From Nitratidesulfovibrio vulgaris str. Hildenborough (GTDB lineage Bacteria > Desulfobacterota > Desulfovibrionia > Desulfovibrionales > Desulfovibrionaceae), in NCBI RefSeq assembly GCF_000195755.1, contig NC_002937.3, positions 2,760,001-2,792,000 on the forward strand: a stretch of 32,000 nucleotides of DNA, written 5' to 3'. A program made the translations under genes and the position numbers. Under the pieces are notes generated by a model, which searched no databases, was not told the DNA's origin, and saw nothing but the letters and a program-made list of their open reading frames with translations. Positions within the stretch are counted from its first letter, which is position 1. Each line of letters opens with the position of its first letter. This document shows, in pieces, positions 1-6,823 of this stretch.

Positions 1-1
1 C

Positions 2-385
2 ATCGAACGCATGAAGGCGCTTCTCGGTGATGCCGTCGAAGACGTACGCATCTCTCACCGCCTTGCCGACAGCCCTGCGTGCCTCGTACAACCCGGTGGT
101 GCCTCCACGTCGTCCATGGACAGGCTTCTGCGGGTGCTGCACAAGGACGAGTCGGTGCCGCGCAAGGTGTTCGAGGTCAACCGCGACCATCCCATCCTGC
201 GCAACCTGCTCAAGGTCTTCACCAGCGACGCATCCGACCCGCTTGTGGAAGACACGACCCGACAGTTGTTCGCCACCAGCCTCATGCTTGACGGCTACCT
301 CAAGGACCCGCATGAACTTGCGGCCATGATGCATCGACTCATGGAGAAGTCCGGAGACTGGTACAAGGCGGTACGGGGCCTCTAA
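2..385 (+). CDS. htpG: Molecular chaperone HtpG (Hsp90 family), C-terminal fragment; the 5' part lies upstream of the window
   Basis: The frame is open to the window edge. The translated tail (RISHRLADSPACLV...MDRLLRVLHKDE...FEVNRDHPILRNLL...LMLDGYLKDPHEL) matches the conserved HtpG C-terminal region. TAA at 383-385 is followed by a hairpin plus T run. Confidence 0.9.
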   Translation: MERMKALLGDAVEDVRISHRLADSPACLVQPGGASTSSMDRLLRVLHKDESVPRKVFEVNRDHPILRNLLKVFTSDASDPLVEDTTRQLFATSLMLDGYLKDPHELAAMMHRLMEKSGDWYKAVRGL

Positions 386-414
386 CCTCTGTTCCTGACC
401 CGTCATCCATCACG

Positions 415-447
415 AAACGGCCCCGGTATAGAACCGGGGCCGTTTTC
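415..447 (+). terminator. Rho-independent terminator of htpG
   Basis: AAACGGCCCCGG (415-426) pairs with CCGGGGCCGTTT (434-445) around loop TATAGAA. A T run at 443-446 sits 30 nt after the htpG stop. Confidence 0.7.
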
Positions 448-456
448 GCTCACATG

Positions 457-505
457 CCGATGACCAAAAGGAAGCGGAGGCTACTGCCTCCGCGACATGA
501 CGCAC
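457..505. repeat. Solo copy of the hairpin module that also forms the core of the 169-bp tandem repeat at 5035-5640
   Basis: GCCGATGACCAAAAGGAAGCGGAGGC-TACT-GCCTCCGCGACATGACGCAC aligns with GCCAATGACAAGAAGAAGCGGAGGC-TGGT-GCCTCCGCGACATGACGCAC of the array. The 8-bp stem GCGGAGGC/GCCTCCGC is at 474-481/486-493. On the minus strand the hairpin is followed by TTCCTTTTGGTCAT. Confidence 0.75.
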
Positions 506-652
506 ACACGCCAAGCGAACCATGCCACTCGGCGAATGTCTATGGGTGCATGGGCCGGGGCAGGCAGTGGCCCCATGTTCCGGTCGTTTCATGGTCCTTC
601 AGGTTCGTGACGACCCGAAGCAGCCTGCGGTCTGACAGGGCGAAAGCCCTGC

Positions 653-680
653 GTCATGCGTCATGCCTCATGCCTCAAGG
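653..680. repeat. 7-bp microsatellite (GTCATGC GTCATGC CTCATGC CTCAAGG)
   Basis: Direct reading of 653-680. It is immediately preceded by a CAGGGC-GAAA-GCCCTG tetraloop hairpin. Confidence 0.7.
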
Positions 681-783
681 AAGGGGCGGCCCTGCCTTCG
701 GCAAAACGGGGTGTGCTCCCCGAAAATCAAGACACCGTAAGGGCCCGGCGTTCGCATGGATGCTCGCCACGTAAGGGGCAGGC

Positions 784-1455
784 TCAAGGATGGGGCATCA
801 TGTCCGTACCCCAGCGGGCCATTCGCCTGCCAGAGTCCACATAGTGGTTGCGGATGGTGCTTTCGATGAACACCGGGTCGCGTGTGAGCATGGCCTCGAG
901 TACGACCTTGTGACGCCGGAGAACCTCTTCAGGGGTGAATGCCGTGCGCCAGTAACGGAACAGCAGGAATTTGGAGATGCCCTGACAGGCGCGACGCGAA
1001 AGTTCGACCAGAAGCTGGTTGTCCGTGCGCGAAAAGATGACGTCGTGGAAGGCCGTGTCGAGTGTCGCAAGTTCGTCCATGTCACCATCACGGGCCACAC
1101 AGTCTGCCATGCTGTCGACAACGGCCTTGAGTCTGGCGAAGTCGTCATCCGTAAACATGTGGATGGTGGAGGCAGCCGCAGCCCCTTCCAGCACACCACC
1201 CGTGAAATAGCTGTTGCGTATCTCTTTCGATGTCAACGTGGCGATGGACTTGCCGCGCTGTGGTGTGGAAACGATGAGGCCTTCCTGTACGAGGAGTTGT
1301 AACGCTTCACGGATGGGCGCACGGCTGATTGAAAGGCGCGAGGCGAGAAGCACTTCGTTGACCTTGTCACCCGGTGCGAATTCGCCAGCGAGGATGCGCT
1401 CCTTGATATATTCGGTAATCTGGTGCGAATAGGTCTGTTTGGTGATGCCCTGCAT
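784..1455 (-). CDS. GntR/FadR-family transcriptional regulator (winged HTH plus FCD-type C-terminal domain)
   Basis: The N-terminus has EVLLASRLSISRAPIREALQLLVQEGLI, typical of a GntR wHTH, followed by a helical C-terminal domain. I chose the ATG at 1455 (MQGITKQ...) because AGAGGAA lies 4 nt upstream. The tracked ORF start at 1527 adds an implausible N-extension. Confidence 0.85.
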   Translation of the reverse strand: MQGITKQTYSHQITEYIKERILAGEFAPGDKVNEVLLASRLSISRAPIREALQLLVQEGLIVSTPQRGKSIATLTSKEIRNSYFTGGVLEGAAAASTIHMFTDDDFARLKAVVDSMADCVARDGDMDELATLDTAFHDVIFSRTDNQLLVELSRRACQGISKFLLFRYWRTAFTPEEVLRRHKVVLEAMLTRDPVFIESTIRNHYVDSGRRMARWGTDMMPHP

Positions 1456-1533
1456 GCGTTCCTCTGTGCTGTTGTTCTTCGTGCTGATATCGGCACACCA
1501 GACCTGGGTCAAGCCGTGTGGCTGCATGACCCA

Positions 1534-1572
1534 ATATGAAAGGAGGCTGCCTCATGCAGCCTCCTTTCATAT
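1534..1572. other. Perfect 17-bp hairpin between the nhaC-like stop and the gntR-like start (possible terminator or processing site)
   Basis: ATATGAAAGGAGGCTGC (1534-1550), loop CTCAT, GCAGCCTCCTTTCATAT (1556-1572). It shares the GGAGGC/GCCTCC core with the repeat-family hairpins. No clean U run follows on either strand. Confidence 0.4.
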
Positions 1573-1598
1573 CGAGCGGTGGGGGGAGGCGCGAGCGG

Positions 1599-2999
1599 CT
1601 AGGCCGCTTCCGAGAGGGGTTCGGCATTGCCACCGAGCTTGCGGTTCCAGCCCGTGTAGGCCGAGAAGACCAGTACGGCGAGCAGTGCCCATGAATACGG
1701 GTTGTACAGGGCGGCACTGATGGGGGGAACGCTGATGCCGTAGGCTTCACCCGCACTCACCACGGCGGCGTACCATGCCGCGACGACAATATGCCACGGC
1801 AGCATGAAGAACACGGTGCAGACGGCGCAGTCCATGAGGTTGGCCCTGCGCGCAGGGGCCAGGTCGAACTTCTCGCCGACAGGGCGCACGAGCGAGGGAC
1901 CCACGAGAAGTTCCGCAGGCGCGTTGGCCGATATCGGAACGGAGGCGACGACGGTGACGCCGATGATGAAGAACTCCGCCTGCCTGACAGAGCGCACGAT
2001 GGCTCCCTCTGCGGCGTTGAGGATGCGCTTCATGATGCCTGTCTCGACGAGTATCTGCGTCACGGCGAGGATGAGGATGGCGAAGATGATGGCACCCACG
2101 ACACTGTTGATGCCATCTTCGATGATGCCGGTGGAAATGCCGCGCTTGGCAGGTATGCTGAACAACGTCTGAAGCGTCAGGTTGCCCGTGACCATGCCGA
2201 TGACGGCAGCACTCACGTTGCCGTAGATGAGTGACTCGATGATATGCCGCCCTGACAGGGCCGCGGCCACGACGACGACAAGGGCAAGCAGCATGAACGC
2301 ACCCAGCGGGTTCATGCGTGCCTGTATCTCGGGCAGGGGTTGCAGTGCTCCGCCCCCCCCGAAGACGAGGAACACGCCAGCCGCGATGGTGGCGGCTGCC
2401 ATGGCAAGCGGGAAGCGGCTGCGGACAACATCACGCATCGTCGCCCCTTGTGTGTAGGCGGAGACGATGGTGGTGTCGGAGATGGGTGCGAGGTTGTCGC
2501 CGAACGCCGCCCCCGACAGAATGGCGAGGCCCAGCATGGCCGGGTCTGCCCCGAGGAAGTGCCCGGCAGGATAGAGAACCGGAGTCAGGGCTATGCAGGT
2601 GCCCGTACTCGTACCGGTGCCAAGGGCAAAGAGCATGGCGGCCACGAACACCATGAGTGTGAATACGGCACCCTGTGCGCCTGTGGTCATGCCCATCCAG
2701 AGCAGGCCGTCCACAAGCCCCCCTGCGACCATGAGCTTGCCGAACACTCCGGCGAAAAGCCACGCAGTGACGATGACGATACCAGTCTTGTCGCCGATGC
2801 CACGCATGGCGGCCTTGCAGTAATCGGCTTTGTTGCGGGCAAAGAACAGCCCCAGTGTTATGGCAATCCATGCACACGCCCAGAAGGGTTTCGTGCCTCC
2901 ACGCTCCGCTACGGACAGCCATACAAGCCCACCAACGAGCGTGATGAGCGGAACGAGTCCCCCCAGTATGCCACCGTGCATTTCAAGGCGCTTTTCCAT
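1599..2999 (-). CDS. NhaC-family (Na+/H+ antiporter-type) polytopic membrane transporter
   Basis: 466 aa and hydrophobic throughout, with Gly-rich helices resembling the NhaC/C4-type transporter family as I recall it. ATG at 2999 has GAAGGAG 7 nt upstream. Confidence 0.75.
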   Translation of the reverse strand: MEKRLEMHGGILGGLVPLITLVGGLVWLSVAERGGTKPFWACAWIAITLGLFFARNKADYCKAAMRGIGDKTGIVIVTAWLFAGVFGKLMVAGGLVDGLLWMGMTTGAQGAVFTLMVFVAAMLFALGTGTSTGTCIALTPVLYPAGHFLGADPAMLGLAILSGAAFGDNLAPISDTTIVSAYTQGATMRDVVRSRFPLAMAAATIAAGVFLVFGGGGALQPLPEIQARMNPLGAFMLLALVVVVAAALSGRHIIESLIYGNVSAAVIGMVTGNLTLQTLFSIPAKRGISTGIIEDGINSVVGAIIFAILILAVTQILVETGIMKRILNAAEGAIVRSVRQAEFFIIGVTVVASVPISANAPAELLVGPSLVRPVGEKFDLAPARRANLMDCAVCTVFFMLPWHIVVAAWYAAVVSAGEAYGISVPPISAALYNPYSWALLAVLVFSAYTGWNRKLGGNAEPLSEAA

Positions 3000-3030
3000 G
3001 ATGTGCTCCTTCTATGCGAACCGTGATGTG

Positions 3031-3056
3031 AAAAGGGCACCACGCATGTGGTGCCC
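3031..3056 (-). terminator. Intra-operon intrinsic terminator/attenuator between the desulfhydrase gene and the transporter gene
   Basis: On the minus strand GGGCACCAC-ATGC-GTGGTGCCC (9-bp stem, 3035-3056) is followed by TTTT (3031-3034). It starts 5 nt after the upstream TAA stop and lies about 30 nt before the transporter RBS. Confidence 0.5.
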
Positions 3057-3061
3057 GGGGG

Positions 3062-4060
3062 TTACTTGAACGTATCGAGGTAGGCGTAAAGCGCTGGCGA
3101 TCCACCGGTGTGCAGGAAAAGCACATTCGAACCTTCGGCAAAGTAGCCGCTACGCACGAGGTCCACAAGACCGGCCATGGCCTTGCCCGAGTACACCGGG
3201 TCGAGCAGTATGCCTTCGGTCTGGGCCAGAAGACGCACGGCTTCGACCATGCTCTCGGTGGGCAGCGAATAGCCGGGGCCCACATAACCGTCAAAGCAGG
3301 TCACCGCTTCATCGGGGAACTCGCCACTCATGCCCACGCGCTGCGCCGTCTCGCGGGCCAGCTTGCGCACCAGTGCCTCCTGGTCGGCCTTGGTGCGGCT
3401 CACGTTGATGCCGGAGACAGGGATGTTGGCGTTGTTGCCCACCATGCCGACGACGATGCCGGCATGGGTCCCGGCGCTACCGCTGGGAACCACCATGTGA
3501 TCCACCTTGAGTCCCATGTCGAAGAGTTGCTGGAGGGTCTCCTGCGCGCAAGAGACATAGCCGGTGGCCCCGATGGGGTTCGATGCTCCACCGGGGATGA
3601 TGTAGGGAGTACGCCCTGCTTCCTTGAGGCGTGCAGCGAGTGCTTCCATTTCCCCCATCATGTTGGAACCGCCGGGCACGACGGTGATGCTCTTCACACC
3701 CATGAGCTTGAACAGGAAGTTGTTGCCCGAAGCTTCGGGCTTGTAGCTGCCCTTGACACGCTCCTCAAGGACGAGATGGCAGTCGAGCCCTTCCTTGACA
3801 GCCCACGACAGGGTCAGGCGGCAATGGTTGGACTGCACGGCCCCGCAGGTGATGATGGTGTCAGCGCCCTTGGCGAGGGCATCCGCCATGCAGAAGTCCA
3901 GCTTGCGGGTCTTGTTGCCCCCGGCGCAGCCGGGCAGCAGGTCATCACGCTTGATGAAGATGTTGACCTTGCCGCCCAGAGCCTTCGAAAAAGCCGGACA
4001 CGATTCGATGGGGGTGGGGTCCTTGACATAGCCACGTCTGGGAAAAACAGCGAGATTCAT
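3062..4060 (-). CDS. dcyD: PLP-dependent D-cysteine desulfhydrase / ACC-deaminase family enzyme (same fold family as L-cysteate sulfo-lyase CuyA)
   Basis: 332 aa. The N-terminal FIKRDDLLPGCAGGNKTRKLDF contains the family PLP-lysine motif (GGNKxRKL). ITCGAVQSNH and GGS...NPIG segments are present. GGAG lies upstream of the ATG at 4060. The substrate cannot be decided from sequence. Confidence 0.8.
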   Translation of the reverse strand: MNLAVFPRRGYVKDPTPIESCPAFSKALGGKVNIFIKRDDLLPGCAGGNKTRKLDFCMADALAKGADTIITCGAVQSNHCRLTLSWAVKEGLDCHLVLEERVKGSYKPEASGNNFLFKLMGVKSITVVPGGSNMMGEMEALAARLKEAGRTPYIIPGGASNPIGATGYVSCAQETLQQLFDMGLKVDHMVVPSGSAGTHAGIVVGMVGNNANIPVSGINVSRTKADQEALVRKLARETAQRVGMSGEFPDEAVTCFDGYVGPGYSLPTESMVEAVRLLAQTEGILLDPVYSGKAMAGLVDLVRSGYFAEGSNVLFLHTGGSPALYAYLDTFK

Positions 4061-4109
4061 GGTGTCTCCGTGTGTCGGTTGTATTGAATGGTGCGGCCTT
4101 ATGGCGCAC

Positions 4110-4499
4110 CTAGCCTTCGAGGGCGAAGATGGCTTCTACTTCGATGGTTCCTCCAAGGGGCAGGGCTGCCACCTGAATGGCACTGCGCGCCGGGAACGGG
4201 GTTGCGAAGTACTGTGCGTAGACGGCGTTGACAGCCTTGAAGTCCGCAAGGTCCGCCATGAAAACCGTGGTCTTGACGGCATGGTCGAGCGTGATGCCCG
4301 CAGCTTCTGCAATGGCCCGAAGATTGGTGAAGACCTGATGCGCTGCCGCTTCGATATCGTCCTTGATGAGAGTGCCGGTGGCGGGGTCGATGGGCAGTTG
4401 CCCTGAGACGAAGAGAAGACCTTGGGCACTGATGGCCTGAGAATAGGGGCCGATGGCGGCGGGTGCCTTTGTGGTGCTGATGGATTTTTTGGCTGTCAT
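4110..4499 (-). CDS. ridA: RidA/YjgF/UK114-family reactive enamine/imine deaminase
   Basis: MTAKKSISTTKAPAAIGPYSQAI...LFVSGQLPIDP...VKTTVFMADLADF..VN.VY...FPARSAIQVAALPLG..IEVEAI is a textbook RidA sequence. The ATG at 4499 has GGAG upstream. The tracked start at 4550 was rejected. Confidence 0.9.
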   Translation of the reverse strand: MTAKKSISTTKAPAAIGPYSQAISAQGLLFVSGQLPIDPATGTLIKDDIEAAAHQVFTNLRAIAEAAGITLDHAVKTTVFMADLADFKAVNAVYAQYFATPFPARSAIQVAALPLGGTIEVEAIFALEG

Positions 4500-4514
4500 G
4501 GCTACTCCGTTTTT

Positions 4515-4537
4515 TGTCGACTGTATAAATGTCGACA
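4515..4537. promoter_or_regulatory. Two GntR-type operator boxes (TGTCGAC-T and the perfect palindrome TGTCGACA) overlapping the likely ridA-operon promoter
   Basis: TTGTCGACTGTATAAATGTCGACA. Box 1 is at 4515-4522 and box 2 at 4530-4537. Both fit the GntR/FadR consensus (GT-Nx-AC palindrome). On the minus strand TTGTGA-N17-TTTATA overlaps the boxes, 15-40 nt upstream of ridA. Confidence 0.5.
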
Positions 4538-5034
4538 TTTTTAACGTCACAAGTCCGCCTTACGTGATTTGCTTCACAAGTGTCAACGGAAAAACTTCGA
4601 TGCGGCATCAGCGCGATGGCATGAGCCCTCAAGAAAAGGGCTCGTGCCCGACCTCGGTCAGTGTACCGACGACACCTTCAGGGTTGTGCCCGCAGTATTT
4701 CACTGTCTCTGCCGCCGGACGACTCTGGACGAGGCCCAAGGCAGCGTTCGGTCTGGCAGGCGTGGTGCCTGCCACAGCGTATCCATGACCTCCCGGCTTT
4801 TCCTTTATGACAAGGTCATCTGGCTTTCAGGCCCTTGTCACCGGGAGCTACTGGCCTCTTCACATGCCCCTGTCCTCGGCTTGCCGACGGGATGAAGACT
4901 GCGGTCGTTACGAAGCGAGAGCTCAACGTGCCACGGCTTTGCCTCGCCCCTGCCCCCCGGTACAATGAACTCAATGATCCGAATTTATGTAAAATACGGC
5001 AGAGTGAGCATTCTTCAAAAGCAGCACGCGCCCC

Positions 5035-5640
5035 GCTTCCGGCAGCGGTGAACCCTGCCGGCTCACTGTGCCGGGTCACTGCCTGCGCCAATGACAAGAA
5101 GAAGCGGAGGCTGGTGCCTCCGCGACATGACGCACTCGCGCAGGACGAATGAGCCCGGACGCCAATGACGATATCTCCGGCGCAGAGAACACGGCAGGCG
5201 TTCGCTTCAGGCAGGGGTGACCCCTGCCGGCTCACTGTGCCGGGTCACTGGCTGCGCCAATGACAAGAAGAAGCGGAGGCTGGTGCTCCGCGACATGACG
5301 CACTCGCGCAGGACGAATGAGCCCGGACGCCAATGACGGTATCTCCGGCGCAGAGAACAGGGCAGGCGTTCGCTTCCGGCAGGGGTGAACCCTGCCGGCT
5401 CACTGTGCCGGGTCACTGGCTGCGCCAATGACAAAAAGAAGCGGAGGCTGGTGCCTCCGCGACATGACGCACTCGCGCAGGACGAATGAGCCCGGACGCC
5501 AATGACGGTATCTCCGGTGCAAAGGACACGGCAGGCGTTCGCTTCCGGCAGGGGTGAACCCTGCCGACTCACTGTGCCTGGTCACTGGCTGCGCCAATGA
5601 CAAAAAGAAGCGGAGGCTGGTGCCTCCGCTTCTTTTTGCG
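5035..5640. repeat. Noncoding tandem repeat: 169-bp unit, three full copies plus a partial fourth ending in a perfect terminator
   Basis: The anchor CTGCCGG recurs at 5055, 5224, 5392 and 5561 (periods 169, 168, 169). Units differ by a handful of substitutions and one 1-nt deletion (GGTGCTCCGC at about 5281-5290). Each unit has two hairpins: CCGGCAGGG-GTGAA-CCCTGCCGG and GCGGAGGC-TGGT-GCCTCCGC. Confidence 0.95.
5602..5637. terminator. Bidirectional rho-independent terminator (last repeat copy), terminating the 5697-6248 gene on the minus strand
   Basis: AAAAAGAAGCGGAGGC (5602-5617), loop TGGT, GCCTCCGCTTCTTTTT (5622-5637). This is a perfect 16-nt inverted repeat with an A tract on one side and a T tract on the other, 60 nt downstream of the stop at 5697. 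Confidence 0.8.
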
Positions 5641-5696
5641 GGGATGGTCCGAGGAGTCCGGACGCCGCATTGCGGCTACGACGTACCGGAAAATAT

Positions 5697-6248
5697 CTAC
5701 GCCACGCGCTCTTCAAGGCGCACGCGGTCGAGGTCTACGACTACAGGGTCGATGAGGGTGAAACCGGAGGGGTTCGACCAGTTGAACTCATCCGCGGCAC
5801 GCCCTGCGTAGGTCACGTCACTCAGGGCGCTGAACCCTTCCGTCAGACACGGTGACAGGTCGAGTACACGTGCGGCAAAGGCATTGGCATCGAAGGAATC
5901 GACATTGCGCCACACCCATCTGTAGGTACAACGTTCGTCGGTGAAACCCATGACAGCCATGAACCGGGCACGCGAACCAAGGAAGAGTTCAGGATTCAGC
6001 GTCGTTCCCGTTGCCATCAGAGCCTTGGTGTCAAAAGGTACCGGCTGACCATCCACGGTCAGCTGAACAGTTGTCGCTGCATCGATACGCATACCGAAAT
6101 TCCGAGTGTTGCCCCGGCGCCACCAGTTCATGTACTTCTGTGAGTATATCTTGCGGCCGTTGGTGCGGATGTTTTCCGCAGTACGTGACGAGACGGGATG
6201 CAGAGCCAGGTCGCAGCTGCTACCGGTGAAAGTAAGGACGATATCCAT
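5697..6248 (-). CDS. Hypothetical protein, 183 aa, paralog of the 6824-7405 product (orphan family)
   Basis: MDIVLTFTGSSCDLALHPVS... shares blocks with the neighbour: SCD[LI]ALHPVS, YMNWWR[RK]GNTR.FGMR, SRA[RK][FY][ML]AV[ML]G, NPSGFTLIDP[VI]V[VI]DL. The ATG at 6248 has GAGAGG 7 nt upstream. No signal peptide or TM segment. Confidence 0.75.
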   Translation of the reverse strand: MDIVLTFTGSSCDLALHPVSSRTAENIRTNGRKIYSQKYMNWWRRGNTRNFGMRIDAATTVQLTVDGQPVPFDTKALMATGTTLNPELFLGSRARFMAVMGFTDERCTYRWVWRNVDSFDANAFAARVLDLSPCLTEGFSALSDVTYAGRAADEFNWSNPSGFTLIDPVVVDLDRVRLEERVA

Positions 6249-6713
6249 TGATTGACCTCTCAAACAACACATGATCTCTAAAAAAATCCTGCACTGAGGC
6301 AAGATTTGCCAGGCCTTGCGAGTGAGAGCCTCCGGTGAACAGCCACATGCGTCGGTTGCAACGACGCTACAACATCAGGTACGGCACGGCTCAGCTTTCG
6401 CAGGTTGGTCACCCAACCAAGACGCCCTCACTTTGCCTCAGTCGGCACAAACAGTCAACAGGATTGTAGCAGAAAGTCGATTTTACGAAGCACCCAACAT
6501 TGATTGCGCACATAGTTGTGAAAAAATTGATCAAGCCGGTCGAAGCCTCCTTTCCCGTTCCCGCCGCGCCTTTTCGCAACCAGCGACAGATCGCCAATGC
6601 ATGGCGGATATCCAGATATGACATGCTGCATTCACATCGTTTTCAAACCTTGCCATTACCATCGGCGACCAGAAACACCTGCAACGCTGCGCCGCGCGAT
6701 GGGGCCAGCACAT

Positions 6714-6756
6714 ACCAAAAAAAGGCGGAGAGCGACGTGTGGTCGTCGCTCTCCGG
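6714..6756 (-). terminator. Rho-independent terminator of the 6824-7405 gene
   Basis: On the minus strand CGGAGAGCGACG-ACCACA-CGTCGCTCTCCG (12-bp stem, 6726-6755) is followed by a T7 run (A7 on plus at 6717-6723). Confidence 0.8.
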
Positions 6757-6823
6757 GGGAAGGGAGGATCATTGAAGACTGGGAAGGGAGGGTATGCAGT
6801 CAGGCGAATGCCTGTTCATGCCA

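Noticed and set aside
3110-4087. 325-aa plus-strand ORF antisense to the desulfhydrase gene. The same class covers several other long antisense ORFs: 21685-22740 (351 aa, opposite rny), 28108-29433 (441 aa, opposite the kinase), 30322-31575 (417 aa, opposite the hybrid kinase), 19423-20310 (opposite glmU), 11332-12129 and 10508-11344 (opposite queC/queE), 12384-13112, 6794-7567, and 22753-23535.
   Set aside because: These are shadow ORFs, expected in high-GC DNA because stop codons are rare on the antisense strand. Their translations are Arg/Gly/Ala/His-rich low-complexity strings with no recognisable motifs, while the opposite strand encodes textbook proteins with RBSs.
4816-5603. Minus-strand ORFs (139, 121 and 67 aa) beginning MSRQGSPLPEANACRVLC..., and the 25-codon plus-strand ORF repeated in each 169-bp unit.
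   Set aside because: They exist only because the repeat is iterated. The 1-nt deletion in copy 2 and the 1-nt length difference in the solo copy at 457-505 break the frames. There is no RBS, and the composition is not protein-like.
5035-5640. Possible CRISPR array.
   Set aside because: The whole 169-bp unit repeats, with no alternation of short conserved repeats and unique spacers. There are no cas genes in the window.
6298-6312. TGGCAAATCTTGC on the minus strand upstream of the first orphan gene, as a sigma-54 promoter.
   Set aside because: The GG-to-GC spacing is 2 nt too short. A weak sigma-70-like TTGCCT-N16-TAGAGA is a more likely promoter.
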